From the NCBI GenBank assembly GCA_036172245.1, contig JAYWIR010000013.1, forward strand, positions 3,286,001 to 3,350,000: a stretch of DNA of 64,000 bases, read 5' to 3'. Shown piece by piece: positions 1 through 13,000 of this stretch. The notes under the pieces were generated by a model. That model searched no databases and was not told the DNA's origin. It saw only the letters and a list, made by a program, of their open reading frames with translations. This DNA is from Raillietiella orientalis (Eukaryota). The translations under genes were made by a program, and so were the position numbers. Within the stretch, counting starts at the first letter, position 1; the number at the start of each line of letters is the position of its first letter.

Positions 1-612
1 CTTCCTTGCCGTGTCCATCCGAATACCCGGGGACGTCCGGTCCCCCTCGTTCGAATGGCCTTCGCGCTCCAGGAGAGATGAGGGATGTCGCCCCTCTCCT
101 CAGAGCGCCTCTGCGGGGCCTCCGATGGCCTGCGCGCGCGCGCGGTCGTCAGCGCCCGCCCACCCTCGAGGAAATGTTCCCAGGGGGAGTCCATCTCCCG
201 AGGAAAGATTTCCGGGATCCCGACCCCGGCTACCTCTGGCTCGGCCGGGAGTCCTGTTCGACGAGGATCCGGGAGGTCGAGCGGACACGTCTCTGGTGCT
301 TCCTCCCGCCAGGGGCGCCGCTCGCTCGGGAGCGTTCCCCCTCCCCCCTCCTCCCATTCCTCCTTCCGCAGACCGAGGGGCGATCGCGCGCGCGCGATCA
401 TCTCAGAGGCCCGGAATCGATGCCCAAAGTGGGTAGGGAAACCTCATATGCGCCCGCTCCCTCCCTCCCTCTCCTTCCCTCCCCTTCCCGCCTCCTCGAG
501 GTGCGGGCGGAGTCCGTATCGATCCCGGGGGTCGCGCGCAGCGGGAGCCGCCGCTGCGGAGAGGCGCCCGCGGCGCAGGCGGGAGCCGCCGCGGCGTGGC
601 GGACGCAGGACC

Positions 613-3600
613 ATGATCTTCGCAGCCCTCGTGTGCCTTTCGCCCCACGTCCTCGGTGCAGCTTCCGGGATGGTCGTCGAAGGACGCATCAACTCTCGCC
701 AGGTGAATCTGCGCCGCGCCTCCTACTCTGAAGGGGAAGCGGGGGAGGGAGAGGGAGAGGAGGAGGAAACGCGCAGCACCTTCCTTCCCTCCGGACGACT
801 CCAGGGAGCCTCGCGCGGCCTTCCTTCCCGGGGGAGGCAGCAGGGGCGGAGAGACCGGCCCTGCCGCTTCCCCGCGGAAGCACTTTCTCCGCTTCCTGGA
901 AGGAAACGGAAGGAGAGGCGGAAGGGGGCGAGACCCCCCTCGAAGGAGAGGAAGGAGAGAGCGCTTTCTGGAAGATGAAAAGCGCAGCTCCGGCCAGGAA
1001 AGCGGTTGCCCAGGCAACACACCGTCCTCGAGGGGGGAAGGAGGCTGGGGGGCAGGAGAGCCTGCGAGTGTCCCCAGGAACGGCGGAGGTCGGTGAGCCG
1101 ACGAAACTCTCCCGCGAGGGATGCCAGCACCACCACCCCACCTTTCTTTCCTCGACCTTCCCACGTTCCCCGCCGCTGGGAATTCCACCGGAGCTCCTCC
1201 AAGCATCTTCCCGGAAGCAGCTGCATGACCTGCGCAGTCGCGCTGCCGTCGTCGGTCGGGAAAACGTCTTGAAGTTTTCGGCTCCTGATGCCAGGCGCCC
1301 TCAAGGTTCAGAGTCATCGCGAGGAAGGGGGGGGAGCTGCTACATGTTTGCGAGCGGCGCTCCTGGTGGCGACGACAGGTGGCAGATCGTTCGCGGCCTG
1401 CTGCTCCCCTGGGAAAGGAGAGAGAGCGGCATCTCCTCTCAGCCCTCGAGGCTCCTGGCCCGCCTGCGAGTGGCGACCACCATCCTTGCTCCTCCTCTCC
1501 CCCCCCCCTTTGTCACGCGCACGAGCGGTCGTCCACTTCGTCGCTCTGGGCGTCCCTAGTGGTCATCCCACTCTGGCGAACGTACGGGCTGGAATGGGAG
1601 CCAGAAGCCTGACCACTAATAGCGAGCATGACCTGTCGGGAGAGTGGAGGACTCCGAAAAGGGGAGGGGTCCCCTGTGACCCTCCTCAGCGAACGCGACA
1701 GAACGCCCAGGAACTGCGGCCGCGATGCAGGGAGTGCGCCGGGATCTGCAGGCGAGCCGCCCCGAGAACGGGAAGGGGGGAAGGCAGCGCTGAGAAGTTC
1801 CAAGGGGTGCATGCAAACGGGTTCTCCTTTCCGGTCTCTCTGGAGCCGAGGTCTGCACCGTCCGAGAAGATCGTCTGGAAGCTCGAAGTCCGAGCTCGGC
1901 TGCGACACTTCCGGTAACCGGTAAACATCCGGGATCCCCTCCTTGCTTGCGTGATGGGCATGGAACCCAAGGGAGTTGGCAAGCGCGAGTCTCCAAGGAG
2001 GCGGATGCCGGCCCAGCGTTGGTCCACCGCGCTAGTGGTCGCTCGAGAGACGCCCTGAGCGCGACACGCACGCAGGCGTGGCTTCCTCGATCGGCACCCA
2101 ACGCTGGGGATCCGAAGGAACAGGAGGGGATCACTCGAGGCGCCTCTCTCCCGCATCCTGAACTGACCAGCGCACGCAGAAGTCCGCGCCACCCGACACG
2201 GTGGGGGTCCGCAGGGGTGCAGCAGTGCCACCCACGTTCTCCGATGTGTCCGAGGATAAGAGCGGCAGCCTAGTCTCGTGATAACTCTGACCACCCCGGG
2301 TCGCGCATCTTCGAGATCGCACCTCGAGGTAGAAGATCGCCTCCCCGTTCTCTCGTGCAGCAGGAGAGAGAAATGCTCCGAGAGAAGTTGCTGTACTCCT
2401 CCGTCCTTCCGGAAGCAACAGAGCCGCCACAGGCGAGCGTTCCCGCGGTTAGCCGGCCAACTGAAAGGCTTTTCTGACCTTTGGGAAAGGTCATTTCGAG
2501 AGCTATTGCAACAGTCCCTGCGCGCATGCCGCTTCGTCGACGCCAGTGGTCGCGTCGACGCTGCCACCGCTTCCCGATGGGGAGCAATGGGAAGTTATCG
2601 GAAGCTTCTCTCGGAACAGCGCCCTTTTGCCCTGGGGGCCCTCGCCGCGAAGCCGTCGATGGAGCCTGCTCCCTCCGTTTCCGGGAAGGAGAGCGTGCAG
2701 GTTTCTGGAACGAACCGTCGCGCCAAAGTGCCGCGCACCCTCGAGTGACGGTGCGTGGGACGCAGTCCGGGGAACGCGGCAGCGGGAGGAGGCGTCCGCA
2801 GCGGGACAGGGACGGCAGGAAGCTGGAAGGGGAGCAGGCTGCTTCCGCCAGCGTCTCCGTTCTCGATCCCTCCCCCCTCCCCTCCCCTCATTCCGCCCCT
2901 GCCTCCTCCCTCTTGGCTTGCACGGCCACTCAGCAAACCCGGCTGCACTGCAGCAGGAACGTGCACCGGAAAGCACGGCGGCGCTCCCTTTTTCCTGTTC
3001 GTTCGCTTTGCCTCTGGCACCCCTGCACCGAGACGGCTTGCCCTCGGCTCAGCGCGGTGGCGGTTCGACCCGTCCTCCCGGTTCGAACGGCGACCACCCC
3101 GCCTTTCCTTCGACCAGCCGAAGACCGAAAGCCCCAAGGCTCTGAATTTCTTCTCGTCCCCTTTTTTTCGGGGGGCGCTTCGGGAATCTTCCTGAGGGAA
3201 TTCGCAGCCGAAAGGAAGCGTTTCGGATCCCGGCGGATGCCTTCGACGCGCCGAGCGCACTCTGCGGTTGCGCGACGCAGCGTGGTGGTCAGCTGCTCGT
3301 CACGAGGGATGGGACAAGAGTGCGATTCCCCTGCATCCAGCCCATCCCCTACCCCTTTCCTTCCCGATTGGGAGCACCTACGATTCGGCCGATCGATTGC
3401 TAGTGCCGTGCGTCTCGAGCCAAGTGGGGCCGGGCACCCCACGACGCGATGCAAGACAGCGGCCCATCGTGCTGCCTCCACCCCGGATGCATGTAGAACG
3501 GGGCGCAAATGCATCCCGCCGATTCATGGGTGCTGCTGTTTGCTTGCGCGTGGCCGCAAAGGGCGCTGGAATCTGCTGAACGGCAGCACATCTTCCTTTC

Positions 3601-6600
3601 CTCCTCCTCCCCTCTCTCCCTTTTCCTTTCCAAGCCCTTGTTTTCCCGTCACTCCGTGCGCGCAGCTGCACAGGTGGGATGCGCGCCTGCAGCCCAACGT
3701 GCGTCATTCGCGCATGCGCACGGAGACGTGGGTTTTCTCCGATGATGCGTTGTTCCTTTTGCGGTGGCCCTTCATAACCCCCTATGGCCCGAATCTTTTT
3801 CTACGGCTATAAAAACGTTGACGTAACGTGAAATGAACAAAGTTCAACCTCTAAATACAAATCAATAATGAATGATTTCATTGTAACGAATACGCCTTGC
3901 GACGTGGGGCTTACAACGGCGTACGACGTTTGCATTGCGCCTACAAAAGCTCGAGCATGGAATTCCATAAAACAACCCGTGAATTGCCATAAAAAACAAA
4001 AGCAGCCAAGGAATTGCTCCATTTCGTTAGATGAAGCACCCACGGGCTTTGCAGGATCACGTTGCAGTGCATATGTGTCGATATCGTCAACTGTATGAAG
4101 TATAATTTCGTCATCGAATAATTTTCGGAAATAGGTCATAGGAGAGTAGGGTGCTTCATAGGATTTTGAGGTCAGTTTCCTTTTCAAGGAAGACGGAGAC
4201 TACGTTTCGGATGGGATACTGAGTGCCAAGAGATTTTTCGTGATTTTAAATTTTCCCAATTGAGTGGTGAATCATCTGATGATGATTCACCACTCAATTC
4301 ATCGTCGCTATCAATAATAATTACACGTCGTCGAGTAAATACTATTGGCCGATCTTCGTCCGAGTCAGGTTCTGATGAAGAATCCTCGGATCTGTGACCT
4401 ACGATGCTGCTTGTTCTTACTGCCCTTTTATTTTTATATGCTTTGGTATTCATGTTTTAGGCCTCCAGCACATAAAACTAAAAAAACAGAAAAAAAAAGG
4501 GGGGGGGGGGAACAGCCGTCTTCGCAAATACACCGAATGCTGCCATTGCAGCTCATTGCGACTGGAAAGTCACAGAGCTGTACCATGTGAAAAACGACTA
4601 AACAAAATGGTCGCTCCGATGCGGGCCAATGAGAGACTGTACAGACTGTACAGACGAGCCGTTACGCAGACTTTTTCTTGTTTGCCAAAACACCAATGGA
4701 AGAGAAAACAAAGGCAACAGCACCGGATGGTCCGTACAACTTTCATGTACAGACATGTACGACTCGATATCTCGGGCTAGAGACTGTTGCCAAGGAGACG
4801 TTGTACAACAAGATGCATATGCCACCTTGCGGTTGAATATCAAAAAGACATCGATAGGTCAGCACGTGACTTCACACCGGGCTACGGAGGGTTCACTTCC
4901 TGTGCGAGTGCATCCCGCTGTTTCCCTCAAAAGGGAAAAAGGGGGGAGGAAAGAAGGGAAAAAAAAGTCCTCCCAAGGGAGGCTGCGATCCGCTCTCCTC
5001 GGAGAGATGCCTCCACACTGCGAAACGCTGCAGCTCGGGGCGCCTCTGGCTAAACCTCGGCCCCGAACTGATTCTCCCTTCCCCGTGCACTTCCAGAACT
5101 GGGTCTTCGTCGGGAGGTTTTGCTTCCGGTCGCTTTTCGGGAGGTTCGAGTATTTCGTCCAGTACCCCAAGGTTGGAACGAACGCCTGCGGCGCCGGCTC
5201 GCTCCTCCCCTACAGGCCCCGGAGAGACTTCGGACGGGGCGCCAGCGGGAAAGCTGCAGCTCTGTCTCCTTTCAGGAATTCGCGGTGCAGAAGCTCGTCT
5301 TCTACCACGCCGGCCCGGACCAGTGGTCAGACGTCTACGATCCCGGCATGGTACGTTTTCGCCCCTTTCCCGAAATTCCGTGGACGCGCTGGACTGTCCG
5401 GAGAAATGAGTCCCGCGAATCGGTCCCCAAACGCGGCTCACATTTCCAGAACTGCTCTGAAAAGGAGTCCCGAGCCAGCCGTGCCGGGAACCGACTCATA
5501 GAGCTCACGAACGAAACCCCTGACTCGGGATGCTCGCTGGTCCAGTCGCTGGTTCAGAGCAAATGGTCCTACCGGTGCTCCGGCATCAGGAGATTCGATT
5601 TGTCGGAAGAGGGATGGTGGTTCATAGCCGTCAGCAACTGCGATTCTTTGAAGGTAAAAACGCTTTTCCCGCTCGGCCGGCGGAACTCGCCTTCCGGCTT
5701 TTCCGCTTCCGCCAAGAGGTGCAGGCAAAACCTCTGAGCGACCCCACTTTCGTGCCTGTCGAGCGGAAACCGCGCGCCCCCCGATCGCCCAGCCCACGGT
5801 TCGTCGCCAGCGCTCCGCGACCTTGACCGGTCCGAACCGCTGACCCCGCTCCCCGCGCGAGGCGGCCGCATCTCCTCGCGGCGCGCGAAGGCGCCAGACG
5901 TTTCCGGTTCCCTGCCCCGAAGACCGAGACAGCCTGAGGTGCTTTCGTAGGAGACGCTCGTTCCTGGCTGCTGATGCTGATTGGTGCGTGGCTGCTGCCT
6001 CTTTGGCCAGTGCCTCGCGTAGCTGCGGCAACCGCACGCGCGTGCAACGACTCGATTCGGCGGAGGGACAGACCCGGATGCAGAGCAACGCCGCTGGCGT
6101 TGAGGCGGACCGCTCGATGCGAGGATGCAGACAGAGATCAAAACGAACGGGCAAACGGGAAAAGAGACGGCTCGGAAGCAATCCGTTCGCAACGCGCCGC
6201 CAGCGGTGCGCGCGCGTCTTTTTGGCGCCAGAAACGCCTGCCCGGTCGTCCCGGAAACCCCCGAGGATTTCCAGCCTCCAGAATCTCGGAAGATCGTGAG
6301 AAATGTGTGTCTTTATTACTTATAGTTGGCTTAATATACATTATAAACATCATAAAAAATACATATATTAAAATATATACACTTATACGACTTCATTTTA
6401 AGATGCATATTTATCAATATTTATTAACATGCAAATTATTAATATGAATAATGTGCTATGTATATATATTAACATTCGAATTTATTTTAACATACATATT
6501 GTGAACATAATCAACAGTATGCATTGATATATTACCAACACATGCATTAAAGGTTATAAAAAACAAATATGCTTATGATTCGATATTTACATATTCATTC

Positions 6601-7026
6601 AATGTACATCAACATATATAATAAACATAACAATTATATTCATAATATGTACATTAAATTTGAATATTAAGATATACATAACTTGTACGTGTATTATGTA
6701 TATTAATGCACATTTATATTAATCTCTATATAAATTATGTATGCACTAGTACTGATGTATATTAATGTATATATTTATATGCAGACGTGTATATATATTT
6801 ATATATAAACATATACATGGATATACATCGCTATTTGTAGATATAAATATATGTATTGAGAGACATATATAAGTAGATATACTGATATAATATAGATATA
6901 TACACTGATATATATCAATACAGAGATAGATATACGGATATAGATATAGATAGATATACCGATATATATAGATAGATACATATAATGATATATGTATGCA
7001 CATTGATATGTATATAAATACATACG

Positions 7027-7071
<45 letters not shown>

Positions 7072-10000
7072 AGCGCATATTATTATATGTTTATTTTTTA
7101 TGATTTTTCGAGAGTTCGACAGTGGGGATTTTGACGGGCACCTCTGTGGGCAGATGGGTATCCAATGTGTGTAAAAGCACACACATACTCTAGCTAAGAC
7201 TTTTCCCCGAGGTACTCGAAAAGTTTCAAGCGAGCCCTCCATTTTGGACCAGCGGATGAACGGTCCCCCTGGCGCGAACCCTCGTGAAGAGCTGTGAGAG
7301 CGGAGGCTGCAGCAGGCCGGCGAGTGCTCACGCGGATGAAGTTCGATTCCTGAAAACTGCGCATCCCGAAAGAGATGTCCCGGACTACGCTGCCGCACGT
7401 GACAAGGGGATTCCTGGAGCTGCCATCGAGACCCTTCTCTGCCTGGAACCATGGGGATCTAATCGTCTTCCGGCACGAGCTGTCGCCGTCCGTCACCTGG
7501 GATGATTGTTGCTAGGCGTTTGCGCGGCGAGCCACCAGCGGCGACCAAGCAGCCACTCCACCCGCCCGTGGAGCACCTGCAGATGGCAGCCGAAGCACAC
7601 GACAGCCGCCTCCGCCCTCGTCCACTCCCTTCCGCCCGTCGACTTGGTTTCTTGGCGCGGGACATTCGAATGCACTCCGAATGTCCCTCGCCAACCGCCA
7701 GAAAAGCTGCCGCTTCCTTCCCGGTCACTGGCCCGCCGTGGTAACCGGAAGTTGGTGCAGGGAAAAACGGGCGCCGCGCCCAGGCTGCTCGTTCGTGCCC
7801 GCCACCTCGCGCGCTGCGCCCTCTGTCGGAGAGGCCTCCGCCTCTCTCGGAGGCGACCTGCAGTGGAGGTCCTTCCGCCCTCGGAAGCTATGCCGGAGGT
7901 CTTCTGCTGTCTGCCGCCGAGCGACCGGACCTTCCCCGCCTTCTCCCGCCTTTCGCCTTCGTTTTGACTTCCGGGAGCGGGAGGGAGTCACGAGGAGGGA
8001 GAAGTCGTGGGCGCGCGAAGGCTCGGCATCCCCTGGACGCTTCCTTCCCTCCCGGTCACGGGAAATTTCGGATGGAGCCAGCCGAGCGCCAAAGGGAGCG
8101 TCGCCGCAGTGAGCACAGAACCTCGCCTGCCCCTTCACCCCGCGGAGGTTCCTCGACCTGCTGCCCACGCAAGCATCGTAGAGGTCGCCTGCTCAGGAGA
8201 TCCGCGTCGTCAGTGCGGAGGGATGGTGGTTCGGCAGACCCCGTGGATGATCTCCCGCCCCCGAAGGTCCCGCGGCTGAGATCGCTGGGGACGGGCCATC
8301 GTGGTCCCTGCGAGTTTCCGGCGCTCCTGCGCCTCTTCCCGCAGCCACCCTCGTTCGCCTCTGAAAGGGAAGGGGAGGGCCAAGGGCAGTCCGTGGGGAG
8401 AAGATACGCGCAGTTAAGGAGGGGGACGGGAGGTGACGAACGGGGGACGGTGGTCCAGCAAAAGGAGAACGAGGAGTGTCTTTGGAAACGGAGAAACTTG
8501 GCCATCAGGGGTCGGCCGCAGGGAGGCGTTTCCTTCCTTTTTGTTTTCATCTCCGAGGAGCTGGGAGATCCTGCGGGTCCCGGTGCTCAAGTGTCGGCGG
8601 CTCCGTCTACTTGACCCGAATGACACCTGGATTAGATAGCTGCATGATAGAGGCGGGTCGTTTCGCGAAGGAAAGGTCGGGAAGGAAGGTGAAATCGGAA
8701 CGGCTTTCTCGCGTGCCTCGGTCGCTCCGTTACCGAGGAAACGCGCGTGTCCCTGCCACGGCTCCTGGATCGACCATGGAGCGCTCCCTTGTGGGTGAAG
8801 GGAACGGGAAGGCCGCGTAGGGGACGCATGCGATCCCTGTCTCCAAGGGAAGGAGGGGAAGGAGGGAGTCGAGGGCGCTGCACTCGATCCACCCCTTTGT
8901 CTCCTTCGAACCCTTTCATTCCGGATGGTAGCGGTGGTTGTGCAGCGGCAACGACGTCGCTCATCTCTCACAGAGGAGTCCTCACCCGGAGAATCGACCC
9001 TCTCCTGCCCAGGCCCGCTGTTCCGCCCACGTCTGCTTTTCGTCCGCCCGTCCTTCGGCTCCAAGTGAGCTCGCGGTAGTCTTGTGCGGGTACGGAGACT
9101 GGGGATCGCTTCACCCTCCGCTTGCACCGGAAGCAGACCACATCCCCATTCGGAGGGTCACGCCCCTTCCTCTTCGCCCTCCCTCTCGGATGCGGTCCTT
9201 TCCCGAGGACCCACCGCTCCTTATCCCCCCGGCGAGGAGTCCCCCTCGAGGCGGCGAATCCTGGCAGGGAGTGCCACCGAGACGAACCCCACGGACGGGG
9301 TCTCTGAAGCGGCACCTAGGCGACTCGCGCCCCTCTTCCCAATTCTCCCTTGATCTAGAAGGGCTGCCGGCAATAGAGTGATCACAGCCCCGAAGGGACT
9401 GTCTGGCTCATAGCTGTACGAACATTGTCTACTGTCATGCAAGTAGCTGATACTGGTGCTTTTACGATGGTGTCTTGTCTGACCCTGGGATCTACATTTC
9501 TTTTTTTTTTTCTAGATCCCGGTGTTTGGGCACTGGGGTGACAAAAGAAGGGCTAATTACATGACAAACAGGCGCAAGGACGAGGGCGCTCCAGACGACT
9601 TCTGGCACGGGCACTTTTCGGCGGCTCAGTTCTGCAAGTCCCCCTGACTTTTCCTTTTCGTCTTCCCTTCCTCTCCCCCCTCCCCCTCCCCTTCTCCTTT
9701 CCTCCCCCTTAGGAACGCCTCACCTTCTCGTCTCGTGGCTTCGGACGCGTTGCCGCAGAGGTTCGCGGCTGCCGTACCCCTCCGCTCGAGCTCTGCCGCC
9801 TCCCCCACCCCCCCAAATCGACTCACTCGGGAGGTACTCCAGTCCGGGAGTCGTCTGCGCGTTCCTGGGCTCCCCCTCCGACCAGTGGCCGAACCTCCAG
9901 CATCTCCCTGGAGCTCGCCAAACGCGTGCCGAGTCTCGCCGCCAGGGCAACCAGTCTACCTGAGGGCGACGCGGAGCCCCGTCAGTCCGGCTGAACCACC

Positions 10001-13000
10001 GCCCGCGCCCGACCGCGGGGGTGCAGGAAACTCGCGAGGGCCCGCGGTGCCGCGGAGTCGTGCGCGAGGGGTCCCGGGACGCGCGAGCCCTCTCTCCTCC
10101 CGCGCGACCGGGACACCGCGAGGGAGGGAGGGAGCAAGGCGGTTCTTGTCCTGACCCTCCCTCCACGGAGCCGGGAGCGTCATCAGGTCAAAAGGGAAAG
10201 GGGAGGACGGCGTCTGCGAGAAGGAGCTCGAAAGGCTGGAGTGCACGGCACGTGCTCGCGTCCCGGGCCATCGTCGGCATCCATGGCAACCGCCTTGTCG
10301 GCGGAGGGGCGCCCGGGGTCTTTCCCGAGGCTTGAGGCGACCACGCTCCCTCAGAATCGCCCGCATCTGCCCTCGCCTCCAATCTTGGCTCTCTCACGGG
10401 ACAACCACCCCAGACCGCCACCCCCGCATGCCACTGAAGGAGCGCCCGTGGGAGGGGTCGACGAGTCACCAGAGGGGGAAAGGAGTTCGGGTCTCATCGA
10501 GGGCTGCAGAGGCTGAGCGGGAGGTCGCAGCTCGCCACCGGACTGCCTATGGAGTTCTAATCCTCGTTTTTCCCTTTGAGGGCGTCAACCTGGCGTTCAA
10601 GATGCTGATGGTCAACGGAGCCCCGGGCGACTTCTGGTACGAGCACTTTTCGGCGGATCAGTTCCGTGAGTCCACTTTGGATCCGCTGCACCTCAATTCC
10701 GCGAAGCACCGCCGCGGCATGCTCTGGGTCCACCATGTTCGCGGCGACCACACCTCCTGTCGCGGCTCGTCCTCGCGAATGAGAAAGGGGTCGTCCGCCG
10801 GCCACATTGAGCGCGAATCCAACGCTGTCCCCTCGCTCCCGGCCCAGCTCGCTAGCCCACGTGAGTTTGCTGGCTCTACCCTCCTCTACTGGCTGCAGCA
10901 GCGCCGCTGGGCATCGCAGCTTAGACCAGAGGAAACGAGCAGAATTCAGCCTCCACCTTCACGCTAGAGCCGCGCGGGGGTCAGACATCGCGGCTGCCGC
11001 CAGCAGGCGTGGTAGGGGGTGGGTGCCTCCCGCCTCCAGGAGGGGCCGCGGGAGAAGAGTGCGGCCCAATCTGCCGCTCTCCCCTTTCCCCCTTCCCCTG
11101 ACCCTTCCCATCGTTCCAGACGTCCTGCCGATGTACATCACCTCCTCGCTGCTGCACCTGGTCCTGGTGATGCTTTGCTTCCTGTGCAAGAGTGAGTGGA
11201 GATCCTCTCCCTTCTCCCGACCTCCACCCCCGCTACACGTTTCCCCCGGGCGGCGTTTCCAGGGGAGCTGCGCTCCCGCCAGCTGCTCCACGTCACCTAC
11301 CGGCTGTTCGACGCCTCTGTGCGGTTGGGTTTCTTTGGCGCCTTCCTGGCACTCATGTCGTTCCTGAAGTTCGCCCACGACGGCGTGGACCTGGGGGCCT
11401 TTCGACTGACAGGTGCGTAGGGGGGGAGGGGGCACGACTCCCTCCCCTCCAGGAAGAGTGGGGGAGGGGCGACCTCGAGGCTGCTGCTGACCTTCCCCTC
11501 CGCCCCGCCACGCCCTGGCGGGCTCGGGGATCACGCCAAGGAGAGTTCCTGTCGGCTGCCTCCTCCTGCTTGTTCGTCCTACTGGTGCTGCTCGTCTCCA
11601 AGGGTTACACAGTCACGCGAGCTCGCATGAGCCTGGGCAGCGCCCTCCGACTGACCATCTTCATGACCGCCTACGCGGTCGCCCAGCTAGGCCTCTGCGT
11701 CTACAAGGAGACGGTGAGTGCGCGCGCTGGCGCCGCGCCTTGGGGAGGATGGAGATGGAGGGTGACGTCGGCGATGACAACGGCGGCTGGAGGAACGGAG
11801 CTGGAGGTGGCGCGAGAGCGCCGCACGTTGCAGCCGGAGAGCGGCCGCGCGGGCGCGATCTGCGGACCTGAAGCACGTGACTTCGCATACGGTACGAGAC
11901 CTCGTACGAAAGGCGCTCTTCGTGGCGCTGCTAGATCCGCGAGGTGGAAGCAAAGAATGCAGTGTTTTGTGCAGCACAAGCACTTCTCACGACGGGAGAT
12001 TTGGCGCGGCCCCCAGCCGCGTGCGCGTCTGCTCATCCCCTGCTGCGCGTGGCACAAGGTCCAGGCGTGGAGCGCAATTGCCTCCTGCAGCTGCATCCGC
12101 TCTCCTGAGGATGGCAACGCTTTGCACGGCGTGGTCGGCTTTGGCGGAAGGGCTCGCTTGCGCGAGGTGCGGTATAGTACACTGTACAGTACGCGGTGAC
12201 GAGGATCCTCCTGGTTCGCAAAGTACCACTCCCGGCGCGAGCACACACGGGTTCACGACATGTCTGGGAGATCTCGGATCCCCACGGTGCGGGGCGACTG
12301 CTGAGCGCCACCTTCCGAGAAGGGCTGCTGGAGCGTTCTTTCCCCGCCGCGCACAAATTGCCAGACGCAGGGCCATGCCCCGCGGGACGAAGATCCGGTG
12401 GTTTCGACTGCCCCAAGACCGCCTTCCGCTTTTTGCCTCGGAGACATTCAGTGGCTACCAACGGCGTTTCTACGCCCCCTCCCGGGCGCGCGCGCCAGCG
12501 ACGCTGCCTGGACCCGACCAGATATGCCCCTCAGTACCCGGCGACGGTCTTCGGGAAATCCTCCCCGTCCTAATCTTCCTGAGGTGGGCGGAGGGGGAGA
12601 GAGAAACGGATGGAGGAGTCAACCTGTCCGAACGGCGGAGCTTTCCAGCGCAAGCAGATAGAGGGCAGCGCAGGGTTGGCAGAGCGTGCGCGTCGTGAGC
12701 GCCTGCTGGCAAGAGGGGCGGTGCTTCCCTCGAGGACGTGACGCTGATCGCCTCGATGGTCGCCGCCATGGTGCTCCACCTACCCCGTGGCGCGCGCGCG
12801 CTCATCAAGATGGTGGAGGCGTGTAGGAGGAGAATCCCTTACTGCCTCTGCCGGGTCGCTGCCTGCGGGCGGAGCAGTTGATCCACCTCCCGCACTCTCT
12901 GCTTCTCTTCCCGCTCTTCCCCGCCGCCGCCGCCGTGGTCCTCCCGTGAAGGTTTTGGACTACGGGAGGGTCGTCCAGCTGGCTTACGAGTCTCCAGTCG

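Noticed and set aside
1..3770. Long overlapping ORFs such as 6-731, 403-1317 and 2481-3812 (also 49303-50676 and 57192-58454)
   Set aside because: R/P/G/S/A-rich translations open in several frames at once are expected in very GC-rich DNA. They have no recognisable domains, and only 613-702 is a real exon in this interval.
6746..7078. Y/I-rich ORFs in the AT-rich blocks (also 44206-44615 and 38485-38679)
   Set aside because: These are translations of (AT)n-like low-complexity sequence within the foldback elements.
9354..9520. Lower-GC segment ending in a T-run with TCTAGA on both sides, a possible retroposed insert or intronic snoRNA
   Set aside because: No convincing C/D or H/ACA boxes, the T-run is on the wrong side for a simple poly(A) insertion, and the 6-bp match may be chance.
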